In this document: one piece after another, positions 13,979 to 22,218 of the stretch
Layout of the letters: every line of letters starts with the position of its first letter
How positions within the stretch are numbered: position 1 is the stretch's first letter
IMG/VR virus record: IMGVR_UViG_3300045988_127422
Span: 1 to 39,207 of that record
Origin: a virus
Strand: one strand, 5' to 3'
Length of the DNA: 39,207 bases
Notes under the pieces: model-generated
The model's database searches: none
The model's input: the letters and a program-made list of their open reading frames with translations, nothing else
What the model was told of the DNA's origin: nothing
Made by a program: the position numbers and the translations under genes

Positions 13979-16800
13979 TATCTGTTACCTCGCAATCTCT
14001 CGTTAAGCTTTGAGTTTCTGTTAATCTCATTCTGATTTGCTCTATATGTTGCACGTGCAAATTCACGATCATTAATGTAAAGTGGTGTTTCAACCGTTAA
14101 TTGAGCGTTGCTAGTGTAATCGTATTCTGCATTCATATCACTCACAACACCTCCAAAAGCCATTTTAGGAGCGCTCATTAGTGGAAGGTATAATAACTTC
14201 TCTGCAGCCTTTTTAACCTGAGGAACCATTCCTAAAATACCATTGCGATATCCTTTACCCCACCACATACCATCTTTATCTGCAATTTTAGATGGTGAGC
14301 CAATCTTAGCTTTTGCACGAATTGCGGCATCTGCAGCTGCTGCTAAACTAGCGGCCGCAGCTCTAACAGAACCTTCACTAGCTCTTAAACCATTCGCCAA
14401 TCCTTGACCAATCATCTGACCACAATATTGTGCTTTTGACTGACACGCATTGAATGCACTGATAATGTTATTGCATGAAGATCGTGCTATTGACACACTT
14501 TTTGATAAGCTTCCTTTAAGTCCTGATGTAAACTTAGTACCCATTGCAGTTCCTGAAGTTGAAGCCCTAGCTTCTGCTGCAGACATTGCACTGATAATGT
14601 TATTGCATGAGTTTGTCACTGTAGCTGACGTACTGGCAAATGTAGTACCTACCATACCAATAGCAGTTACAAGGACCATCATCTGAGTACCAGCACTTCC
14701 TATGCCTACAGAAGCTGCAGATATAGCTCCTATACCGGTTGCTACTGCAGCTAAGCTAGCTCCCATATCAAACAAATTTAAACCAGTAATAATCTGAATA
14801 CCTTTAGCTAATTCTTTAAATCCTTTACCAGCATTTAATGCCGATTGACCAATAGATTCAATCACTCCTGATACTGAGTTTAAGATTCCACTTACTGTTT
14901 CACCGAATGATGTAATTACACCACTGATACCTTCAAACACTTCTTTGATAACGGGTCCAAACGCAGATACAACATCTGCAACTCCCTGAAGAACCATTTG
15001 CAAGCCTTCACCTTGCGATCCAACCAATGCCATTGCAGCACCAGTTGCTAGAATAGCCGCTGCCAACGCAAGCCATGTTGTAGGTGGTACTAATGCAATT
15101 GCAGTTCCTAAACCTGTAAATGCAGTTGCTAATCCTTGTCCAATACCTTGTGCTACCGTACTGATTGCAGTACCAAGCGATTCAATGACTGTTCCGACTC
15201 CTTCCAAAGCTGATTTAATGCCTTGTCCGATACCTTGAAAAGCAGTACTAATAGCTTCTCCTAGACCTGTTATAATTCCTTTTACACCTTCACATACCGA
15301 AGCAATAACATTTGAAATTCCTTCAAATGCAGAATTAATAATCTGTGCAGCTTTAGATGTTTTCTGAGCAGTTCGCATTGCTGCATCACCAATACCGTCG
15401 CTTGGAGTACCATTTTGTGGTAATTGTCCAGGTATTTCTTGAGTTGGTTTTTCTCCTAATCCTCTGATTTTGTCAATAATCGATTTTAACTTTGAATATC
15501 CACCTTTAGCCGTGCCAACGACACCACTAATCATACTAGATACTTTGCTACCGACTTTGATCGCAACAAATGCTCCTGCCAATAATTTGACTGCACTTGC
15601 AAATCTCTTAACATCTTCCGTTTTAAGATTTGCTATGAAATCTGCAATTTTGCCAGTTACATCTTCTACTTTTGCAATGATATTTCCAATGTCTTGTCCT
15701 AACTGCTCAAAGACTTTACTGTCTTGCAACTTATCCATTACATTTCCAATAGCATCTTTAACTTTGTCGAACAATGTAATAGCGTTTTGTACTGCATCTG
15801 TCTTCATAAATCCATCATAGAATTGTTGGACCATAGCTTTAGCATTGTTTGCTCTATCTGCAAGCCAATCCATAGCTTTTGATACATTCTCCAAGACTCC
15901 AGGCTTAAAGTCCCATGTCAAACCATCATCCTTGGATTCCATGATTGAATTTCTAAAGTCATAGATTTTAGATTTGATCTTTTCTAGATTATCAACTAAT
16001 CCACCCATGGCTTTTGACTTCAACATGTTATTCATTGCAGACAAGAACCCTTGTTCTAAGTTTTGTACTGCACTCTTGATGTTAGTCATAGAAGTTTTAA
16101 TACCTTTAGATGCTTCTAATGCAGTTTCTGCAAAGCCACCTGTTTCTGTATCACATTCAATCATTGCATCATTAAACTGATCAAATGTAATCGTTCCATT
16201 CTGCAATGCATCATACAATTCATTTGCATTACCGCTTGTAATACCTAGTTTCTTTGCAACTTTAGTTAATGCTGGTGCCATTGTTTCTTGTAAGGTTCTC
16301 CATGATTGCATATCAACTGTACCTTTAGCAAGCATCTGTGAATACTGTTGTAAACCACGTGATGCATCTTCTGAGCTTGAACCGCTCGCTAAAAACGCAT
16401 GATTTAATGCAATTGTAGTATCAGTTGCCTTATCGATATTACTTGTAACGGCAGCCAACGACTTAGATGTTGTTACAACATCTGCCAAGTTTGTAGGTAA
16501 GCCTTGTACTGACTGATTTAACTTTGCAACACTCTTTTGAGACTGTTCAATTGAAAACCCCAAAGACTTCATAACTTTTGGATAGGATTGCATGGTATCA
16601 AATCTATTAATAGCACCATCAAAGGATGAGCTAAGAACGTTCATCGTTGCACCAATAGCTTTAGTTATGCCGACACCTGCAACGATAGATTTAACTCTAT
16701 CACCAAACGACTGACACGCTCCTATAGCTTTGTTCATGGTTGAGGTCATATTCTTATCGGTTGCCGTTAGTATGGCTTCAACACTAAAACTTTCTGCCAT
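13978..16800 (-). CDS. Tape measure protein
   Basis: 940 aa, directly downstream of the G/GT chaperones. N-terminal helical region, then a central Gly/Ala/Ile-rich membrane-like repeat region (GxxxG ladders). SD is AAAAAGGAGGG. Confidence 0.9.
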   Translation of the reverse strand: MAESFSVEAILTATDKNMTSTMNKAIGACQSFGDRVKSIVAGVGITKAIGATMNVLSSSFDGAINRFDTMQSYPKVMKSLGFSIEQSQKSVAKLNQSVQGLPTNLADVVTTSKSLAAVTSNIDKATDTTIALNHAFLASGSSSEDASRGLQQYSQMLAKGTVDMQSWRTLQETMAPALTKVAKKLGITSGNANELYDALQNGTITFDQFNDAMIECDTETGGFAETALEASKGIKTSMTNIKSAVQNLEQGFLSAMNNMLKSKAMGGLVDNLEKIKSKIYDFRNSIMESKDDGLTWDFKPGVLENVSKAMDWLADRANNAKAMVQQFYDGFMKTDAVQNAITLFDKVKDAIGNVMDKLQDSKVFEQLGQDIGNIIAKVEDVTGKIADFIANLKTEDVKRFASAVKLLAGAFVAIKVGSKVSSMISGVVGTAKGGYSKLKSIIDKIRGLGEKPTQEIPGQLPQNGTPSDGIGDAAMRTAQKTSKAAQIINSAFEGISNVIASVCEGVKGIITGLGEAISTAFQGIGQGIKSALEGVGTVIESLGTAISTVAQGIGQGLATAFTGLGTAIALVPPTTWLALAAAILATGAAMALVGSQGEGLQMVLQGVADVVSAFGPVIKEVFEGISGVITSFGETVSGILNSVSGVIESIGQSALNAGKGFKELAKGIQIITGLNLFDMGASLAAVATGIGAISAASVGIGSAGTQMMVLVTAIGMVGTTFASTSATVTNSCNNIISAMSAAEARASTSGTAMGTKFTSGLKGSLSKSVSIARSSCNNIISAFNACQSKAQYCGQMIGQGLANGLRASEGSVRAAAASLAAAADAAIRAKAKIGSPSKIADKDGMWWGKGYRNGILGMVPQVKKAAEKLLYLPLMSAPKMAFGGVVSDMNAEYDYTSNAQLTVETPLYINDREFARATYRANQNEINRNSKLNERLRGNR

Positions 16801-16802
16801 TG

Positions 16803-17213
16803 TTATCCCTCCTTTTTATTTATGAACTCTGCCAACTTATCAAACTTGCTTTGTTTCTTTATTCCCATGACACGATCCAACTCTTTCTGATAGTCAAAGA
16901 ACTTGCTAAATTTCGTGTATACCATTCTCTGTTTCTTGCCAACTTGCTTTTTAGCCTGTGCAGTCATATTTAGGTACGCTTGCAAATGCAGATAATACTG
17001 ATCATCCACCATTTGTAGCTCTTTGGCCTTCATTAAAAGACGATATTCGTAAGGGGTAAGATTATTTACCTGATCCAAACTTTTGAAGTCTAGATATCTA
17101 AAACAAGTCAAAGCGACACGCTCATACATTTCATCAAATGTTTCGTCTATTTCTTCTCTTCTTTCTCTTCTTTCTGCATGCTCGTCATCAGTGATTTCAC
17201 TTCTTTCTTGCAC
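16803..17213 (-). CDS. Tail assembly chaperone T-part, probably expressed only as a G-T fusion by -1 frameshift
   Basis: It overlaps the 3' end of 17147..17530 in the -1 frame. The -1 frame is open from the slippery site. There is no convincing SD of its own, and the track uses a GTG start. Confidence 0.7.
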   Translation of the reverse strand: MQERSEITDDEHAERRERREEIDETFDEMYERVALTCFRYLDFKSLDQVNNLTPYEYRLLMKAKELQMVDDQYYLHLQAYLNMTAQAKKQVGKKQRMVYTKFSKFFDYQKELDRVMGIKKQSKFDKLAEFINKKEG

Positions 17214-17530
17214 GCATTCGCTTGAGATAAAAAATTGATTACGTCCTCAAAAACTTTGTCGATATCTTCTACATCTTCTAAATATCTTTCAATGTATGCT
17301 TTATTTAAACGTGGTGTTTGCCCAATATTCATACAGAAGATACAATCGACTAATGCATCAATATCTCCATCCATGATGCTTGCGACCATAAACTTCAAAC
17401 CTACTTCTTTTTTGTTTTTAGTGTTTGGTACATCTACAGTCACTCTTTTATTGACTTCATGTAAAAATCCAAACCCTGCTACTAGTTGATATGTTTCACC
17501 ATTTACTTCAATTTCCATGTTTTTACTCAT
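17147..17530 (-). CDS. Tail assembly chaperone (gpG-like)
   Basis: It lies between the tail tube and the tape measure. It has an acidic C-terminus. SD is GAAAGTGAGGA. Confidence 0.75.
   Translation of the reverse strand: MSKNMEIEVNGETYQLVAGFGFLHEVNKRVTVDVPNTKNKKEVGLKFMVASIMDGDIDALVDCIFCMNIGQTPRLNKAYIERYLEDVEDIDKVFEDVINFLSQANACKKEVKSLMTSMQKEEKEEKK
17228..17234 (-). other. Candidate -1 programmed frameshift heptamer T_TTT_TTA
   Basis: The minus strand reads AAT TTT TTA in the zero frame (N F L of ...VINFLSQ...). After a -1 slip the frame reads ISSECVQERSEITDD... and continues into 16803..17213 without a stop. Confidence 0.65.
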
Positions 17531-17560
17531 TTAAAGTCCTCACTTTCTAAATACAAATAT

Positions 17561-17582
17561 AAAAGGGGCAATCTCTGCCCCT
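17561..17582 (-). terminator. Hairpin terminator after the tail tube gene
   Basis: The minus strand reads GGGGCA-gagat-TGCCCC followed by TTTTAT, 10 nt after the stop at 17593. Confidence 0.55.
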
Positions 17583-17592
17583 CATGCGTTTA

Positions 17593-18129
17593 TTACGCTT
17601 CCTTAGTTACATCCTTGTAAACGTAAGATGCTACTTCCTGTTGCTCTTTTGTGACTGTTGCATATCCATCTGCACCATTTCCATTTGCTCCGAATGTTAA
17701 ATCAACTTCAACAACTCCTTCTGCTTCTGATGAAATTGAGCATTCAGTCAAATATCCTTGGTAGTATTTAGATTTAAACTTGCCGACATTTGTTTCAGTT
17801 CCTTCTTCTGCTAGGTTTACTTCCCAACATTCAACTAACTTATCTGCCAACATAGCTTTCTCTAATTTGTCGATAATCGCATCACCTTTTGCCAAAACAG
17901 ATGTTGATGTAATTTCAATTTCTGCCACTGATGGTGTACGAATAGTTCCGTCTTTTGTAGCAGTTGTATCTGCATCTTTTGTTACGTTTCGTTCGTTTTC
18001 TGTTGGGAATGCAATTGCACTAGCATCTTCTTTTTTTGAATCTTCTGCAACTCTGAAAAGATAGATCAACTGTTTACCTGCAACTGATTCTTTCATTGCT
18101 TCTGCGAACATTTGTAAATCAAATTTCAT
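17593..18129 (-). CDS. Major tail (tube) protein
   Basis: 178 aa, upstream of the chaperone pair. Followed by a terminator. The N-terminus MKFDLQMFAE carries the LQxFA motif. Confidence 0.75.
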   Translation of the reverse strand: MKFDLQMFAEAMKESVAGKQLIYLFRVAEDSKKEDASAIAFPTENERNVTKDADTTATKDGTIRTPSVAEIEITSTSVLAKGDAIIDKLEKAMLADKLVECWEVNLAEEGTETNVGKFKSKYYQGYLTECSISSEAEGVVEVDLTFGANGNGADGYATVTKEQQEVASYVYKDVTKEA

Positions 18130-18539
18130 TATTTTATTCCTCCTGTAATTCTAAAATCCAACTCTAGAACACCATGCATCAATGGTGCTCCTGTACTTGA
18201 ATCCGATAATATCCGTTGGTTGATATTTTGGATCATAAAAGCAAAGTTGTTTGTGTGGTTGATTTGTCTAGCCACTTTCTTAATGGTTTGCATAATTTCA
18301 GACAATTCTCCACGTTTCCTAGGATTGTTGTGCCAAACATCCACAACTTGCGTGATAGTGCCTAAAATCATTGTTTTATTCCCATAATCGTCCACTAGTT
18401 GACTTGAACCAATGTATACATATGGATATGGTGTCCCTTCACTTGGAAGAAATGTGTCATATACATTAACACCTTTACTTTTTAACGCTTTTTCTAATTG
18501 CACTTTTAGTGCAATGAATAACTCTTGTTGTGAATCCAT
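18129..18539 (-). CDS. Tail terminator / tail completion protein (positional call)
   Basis: 136 aa, immediately upstream of the tube gene with a TAATG junction. Confidence 0.5.
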   Translation of the reverse strand: MDSQQELFIALKVQLEKALKSKGVNVYDTFLPSEGTPYPYVYIGSSQLVDDYGNKTMILGTITQVVDVWHNNPRKRGELSEIMQTIKKVARQINHTNNFAFMIQNINQRILSDSSTGAPLMHGVLELDFRITGGIK

Positions 18540-18547
18540 TGCATCAC

Positions 18548-18895
18548 CTACTTAACTAGTTTTTTCATGTCTGACTTGAATATTGGTACTTGTTGTTTAA
18601 ACGCAGGCCTAACAAAAGGTTGTGCATCCATAAAACGTGTTCCAAATTCAACATAAGGTGCATAATGTGTTGATGGTCCTTCTGCATATGTGAATCCGCC
18701 ATCACGAGTTTCACCTCTGATGCTTCTTTTGGTTGCTCCTGTTGAATACCCTTTTGTAAATACTGCATTTTTAACAGTTTTATTTTGCATATCCATTCCA
18801 TTCTTCAAAACTACTGTTTTCACATCTTCCAAAGAACAATTCTTTTTGAGCTTCTTCTGCAGTTTATCTAATCCTCTTATTTCAACTTTTGCCAT
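18548..18895 (-). CDS. HK97 gp10-family head-tail joining protein
   Basis: The motif THYAPYVEFGTRFMDAQPFVRPAF matches the gp10-family signature (yA..vEfGT....a.PF..pA). Confidence 0.75.
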   Translation of the reverse strand: MAKVEIRGLDKLQKKLKKNCSLEDVKTVVLKNGMDMQNKTVKNAVFTKGYSTGATKRSIRGETRDGGFTYAEGPSTHYAPYVEFGTRFMDAQPFVRPAFKQQVPIFKSDMKKLVK

Positions 18896-19198
18896 TTATT
18901 GCACCTCAGACAGAATAAAAGACTCCTTTGTTCGGAGTCTTCGTGAGTAATCAACTTTGTATCTCTTTGCACCGATTCGAATATAATCAAAAGACTTTTG
19001 ATAGATATTCTGAATATGACAAGTAAGGCTTCCTTGTTTGATTTGTCCGTATACCTGCATCATAGTTTGTGTTTTTGTATCCATTATGGAAGCCATTGCC
19101 ATTTCTTCTACAATCAAATCATCTTCATAGTTGCCTGTGTTCTCATTATAAGAACCTTGCACAAATCTTTGAAAGTAGATAGGTTTATCGTACCTCAT
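18896..19198 (-). CDS. Head closure / head-tail adaptor protein (SPP1 gp16-like, by position and size)
   Basis: 100 aa, between the gp6-like connector and the gp10-like protein. Confidence 0.55.
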   Translation of the reverse strand: MRYDKPIYFQRFVQGSYNENTGNYEDDLIVEEMAMASIMDTKTQTMMQVYGQIKQGSLTCHIQNIYQKSFDYIRIGAKRYKVDYSRRLRTKESFILSEVQ

Positions 19199-19530
19199 AA
19201 GAATCGTACCTTCCCTTTATTTTGATTGGCTTGCTCATCTCTCCAAGATTGAATCTCAGAAGAGAAAGAAGAGAAGTCATCGTCGTTAAATGACATTGAC
19301 TCCCCTTCAACTGAATGCGTTTGAACGCCTTCAGAACCAATCCTGTTAAAGCGTTTGATAGACACTTCTGTAATGATATATTCGAGCTCATCCGGTATGG
19401 TTTTGACGCTTAGAAGCGCTTTAAGTCGACCTTCCGTAAGTCTTACAATGGTCTCTAGCTTTTCATCATCAGTTTGCAAACCAAGAAGCAGTTTTACATC
19501 ATTTAATACGGTTGTTGTCGACATCTTCAA
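19195..19530 (-). CDS. gp6-like head-tail connector protein
   Basis: VLNDVKLLLGLQTDDEKLETIVRLTEGRLKALL resembles the N-terminal pattern of the gp6-like connector family. It lies directly after the capsid gene. Confidence 0.6.
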   Translation of the reverse strand: MKMSTTTVLNDVKLLLGLQTDDEKLETIVRLTEGRLKALLSVKTIPDELEYIITEVSIKRFNRIGSEGVQTHSVEGESMSFNDDDFSSFSSEIQSWRDEQANQNKGKVRFL

Positions 19531-19534
19531 TCAC

Positions 19535-20740
19535 CTATGCCTTTAAATCAACAACTACATCGCCTTTTGATACTGCTTTGTAGTTTTTGTCACATTCTAC
19601 GATTGTGCAGTGATTAGATGCTGCTGCTTTAATATCTGCTCCTTCTTCGAAGTTCTTCCAAGATTTTACATCTGTACCATATTCCACTGCTTCTTCAGAA
19701 GCTCCTACCTTGAATTTGAATTTGTTATTCATAGATTGCAACTGTTCGTCAACTGCTACTTTTGTAGTTCCTGTTTCTTCGCCTTTAGAAGCCGTTAATG
19801 TTAAATTACGCAATGTCTGAGTATCAGAACCACCTACTGCAAAGTGTGCAATTGCATCTTGGTATTCACACATTAAACGTAATCCCATGATAGCGAACAT
19901 ATCAGAAATAGCACGATCATAGTTCCCTTCTACATGGAATCCTAAGAAGCCAGTAGTACTGTCAGTAGTATATGAAAGTCCTGCTTTAACAAATTCAGAA
20001 TCGCTTGGATCTACATAATATGCAATGATGTTGTTCATTGGAGTAGCCACTACTGTTTTTTCTGCAACTCGGTCTGTTAAGAATACAATATCTGCTCCTA
20101 AGAAGTTCTTAATGTATGTTAAACCGAATGCAGTCTGCATAGATACATTAGCTTCTCCTAAATAGCGGTAAGCATCCAAAGTATTTACGAATACAACAAT
20201 ACCAGTAGTATTTCGTTTCATTTGTTGGAATTTGTGTTTAACATTACCGATTGCCATTGCGATAGCCATTTGCCAAGTCGCTTCATGTCCTACTAAGCTA
20301 CCTGAATTTAATTGAGCATATAAGCGATCAGTGATGTTATCTTGCAAATCAATACGGAACTGTTCGTCAGTATCAGATACTGCAGCTTCATATCCTTTCT
20401 CTGCAATTGCTTCAATAGGAACGGCTTTACGGAATTTCTCGATTTGAATTGTATCGAACACTTTTTCTTCAACTTTGTATTCGCTTAATGGAATTGATTC
20501 GCCTTCTGCTACATGTCCGTCCTGTAATGTTCCTGTTACTTTCTTTGTTTTCAAAACAGAACCGTTTGCTTTACGAATTGGACGAATAATTCCTAATACG
20601 TCCAATAAAGCTTGGATGTTCTTTCCAAAACTAGTAACAAAATCAATTTCGTGTGCTCTAACTTGGATGTTGCCTGTTCCTGTTAATCCTTCAGGTGCTG
20701 CAAACATTTGCAAGTTCATACCTTTATAAATTTTTTTCAT
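19535..20740 (-). CDS. Major capsid protein
   Basis: 401 aa after the scaffold gene. Strong SD (AAAAAGGAGAAC). The N-terminal leader is MKKIYKGMNLQMFAAPEG. Confidence 0.85.
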   Translation of the reverse strand: MKKIYKGMNLQMFAAPEGLTGTGNIQVRAHEIDFVTSFGKNIQALLDVLGIIRPIRKANGSVLKTKKVTGTLQDGHVAEGESIPLSEYKVEEKVFDTIQIEKFRKAVPIEAIAEKGYEAAVSDTDEQFRIDLQDNITDRLYAQLNSGSLVGHEATWQMAIAMAIGNVKHKFQQMKRNTTGIVVFVNTLDAYRYLGEANVSMQTAFGLTYIKNFLGADIVFLTDRVAEKTVVATPMNNIIAYYVDPSDSEFVKAGLSYTTDSTTGFLGFHVEGNYDRAISDMFAIMGLRLMCEYQDAIAHFAVGGSDTQTLRNLTLTASKGEETGTTKVAVDEQLQSMNNKFKFKVGASEEAVEYGTDVKSWKNFEEGADIKAAASNHCTIVECDKNYKAVSKGDVVVDLKA

Positions 20741-20762
20741 ATGTTAGTTCTCCTTTTTCTAT

Positions 20763-21383
20763 TTACTGGAATAAATCCATATTTTCCGCAATCATGCGTT
20801 GTCTTTCCATTGGATCAGTGATATTCATGATTGATTCACGTGTTACACCTTTGTTTGAACCTCCACGTTTAGGGCCGTTACCTTTCAGTTTTTCTTTAAC
20901 TGCTTTTTCTACTTCTTGTTCAAACATCTTAACAAATGCATCAACCGCTTTCTTTGTTTTATCTGCATCTTTATTAACTAGAACAGATAAAAGGTCATCT
21001 CCAACGTTAATATCATGTTCTGCACACATTTTACGTGCTTCATTTGTCATTTCTGCGATTGCGTTTTTTGCTTTCAATTCATCTAGCTCTTTTTGCACCT
21101 TATCACGTTCTGCTTCTGCTCGTTCTTGTGCATTCATTTCTGCTAAGCGCTTAGCTTCTGCTTTTTCTTTTTCTTGATCCGCTTTCCAACGTGCAAACCT
21201 TTTGTCAAGAATCGCATTCAAATCTTCATCTGAATACTTTTTTTCAGATGATTTGTTTTTTTCTTGGTTGTCTTGTCCTTCAGTTGATTGAGCATTTTTT
21301 GTTTCTGTACCCTCGTTTTCACCTGTAGTTTCATCTGCAAAAAGTTGTAAGCAAAAAGGTAGTCTGGCATTGAATTTTTTCAT
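20763..21383 (-). CDS. Scaffolding protein (DUF4355-like)
   Basis: Highly charged coiled coil (KADQEKEKAEAKRLAEMNAQERAEAERDKVQKELDELKAKN). It lies upstream of the capsid gene. The N-terminus is ...LPFCLQLFADETT. Confidence 0.8.
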   Translation of the reverse strand: MKKFNARLPFCLQLFADETTGENEGTETKNAQSTEGQDNQEKNKSSEKKYSDEDLNAILDKRFARWKADQEKEKAEAKRLAEMNAQERAEAERDKVQKELDELKAKNAIAEMTNEARKMCAEHDINVGDDLLSVLVNKDADKTKKAVDAFVKMFEQEVEKAVKEKLKGNGPKRGGSNKGVTRESIMNITDPMERQRMIAENMDLFQ

Positions 21384-21540
21384 ATATATTTCCTCCTATT
21401 TTTCTGACTTTGCTTGTCATTTCCCATATCTTTTTAAGGCATAAATGCTTGGCCTATAACCCATACAGTTTAACGACGTGAATGCTTGGTCTTGTTTGGT
21501 AGTGTTGATATGTAGACTTTATAAGTCTTGGCTTTTCCAC

Positions 21541-21577
21541 AAAAAATGCACCGTTGATTACGTACTTCAACGATGCA
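21541..21577 (-). terminator. Strong hairpin plus T6 between prp and the scaffold gene
   Basis: The minus strand reads TGCATCGTTGA-agtacgtaa-TCAACGGTGCA followed by TTTTTT (11-bp stem with one G-U pair). Confidence 0.65.
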
Positions 21578-21629
21578 CTCTAGCCATTGGTCAAAATAAA
21601 CCTTTTCGACACGCTCCAAATATTTGTGA

Positions 21630-21938
21630 TTACACATCTTTCAGTTCCACACATTCAGGATATGCTTCTTCTGTGCCTCTGCATCCAATTTTGAAGAAAT
21701 TTATTGCTAGTTCTCCAGCAAGGTCCAAACCCGAGATATACAACGTCTTGCTATCTTTATCAGGCTCATAATATCTGCAAAGTGCATCGGATGTTTCGTC
21801 GATTGAATTGGCCAATGTCAAATATAGTACTGAGATAGCGCTGCAGACGATATCTTTTCCTATCGGAGCGTAACGAGCATGGCCATGTACTTCAATCAGG
21901 CAATCATTTTCTGTCTGTTTAATCTTAATTTTTATCAC
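21630..21938 (-). CDS. prp: Prp-like cysteine protease (ribosomal-processing cysteine protease family, DUF464)
   Basis: MIKIKIKQTENDCLIEVHGHARYAPIGKDIVCSAISVL matches the Prp His/Cys dyad pattern (v.GHAgya..G.DIVCAavS.l). The size is about 100 aa. Confidence 0.75.
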   Translation of the reverse strand: MIKIKIKQTENDCLIEVHGHARYAPIGKDIVCSAISVLYLTLANSIDETSDALCRYYEPDKDSKTLYISGLDLAGELAINFFKIGCRGTEEAYPECVELKDV

Positions 21939-22018
21939 ATAGTATCACTCCCTTGCATAATAAAAGGCCACTCGTTTGAGTGACCATAATTACATCATAT
22001 TTTTTTAATGCTCATCAT

Positions 22019-22213
22019 TTAGTAAACTAAAGAGTCAATAATATTCTTTGGTAAATCAACATCGGAAAGGTTTTCTTTGCTTTTTCTGAATTTCTCTGAA
22101 ATTTTATCCCAGTTTTTATATAAAACTTCTGCATTCTGCCAATCTTCCAAAAGATTTTCAAAAAAAACTTTATCGTCAGTTATTTTGCCATCTAAAACTG
22201 GTTTATTTTTCAT
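22019..22213 (-). CDS. Hypothetical protein (64 aa)
   Basis: ORF in operon orientation between gp7-like and prp. No recognisable motif. Confidence 0.4.
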   Translation of the reverse strand: MKNKPVLDGKITDDKVFFENLLEDWQNAEVLYKNWDKISEKFRKSKENLSDVDLPKNIIDSLVY

Positions 22214-22218
22214 AGTTA

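Noticed and set aside
21478-21771. Plus-strand ORF overlapping prp and the intergenic region.
   Set aside because: It is antisense to a well-supported gene and has no SD. It begins inside a terminator-containing spacer.
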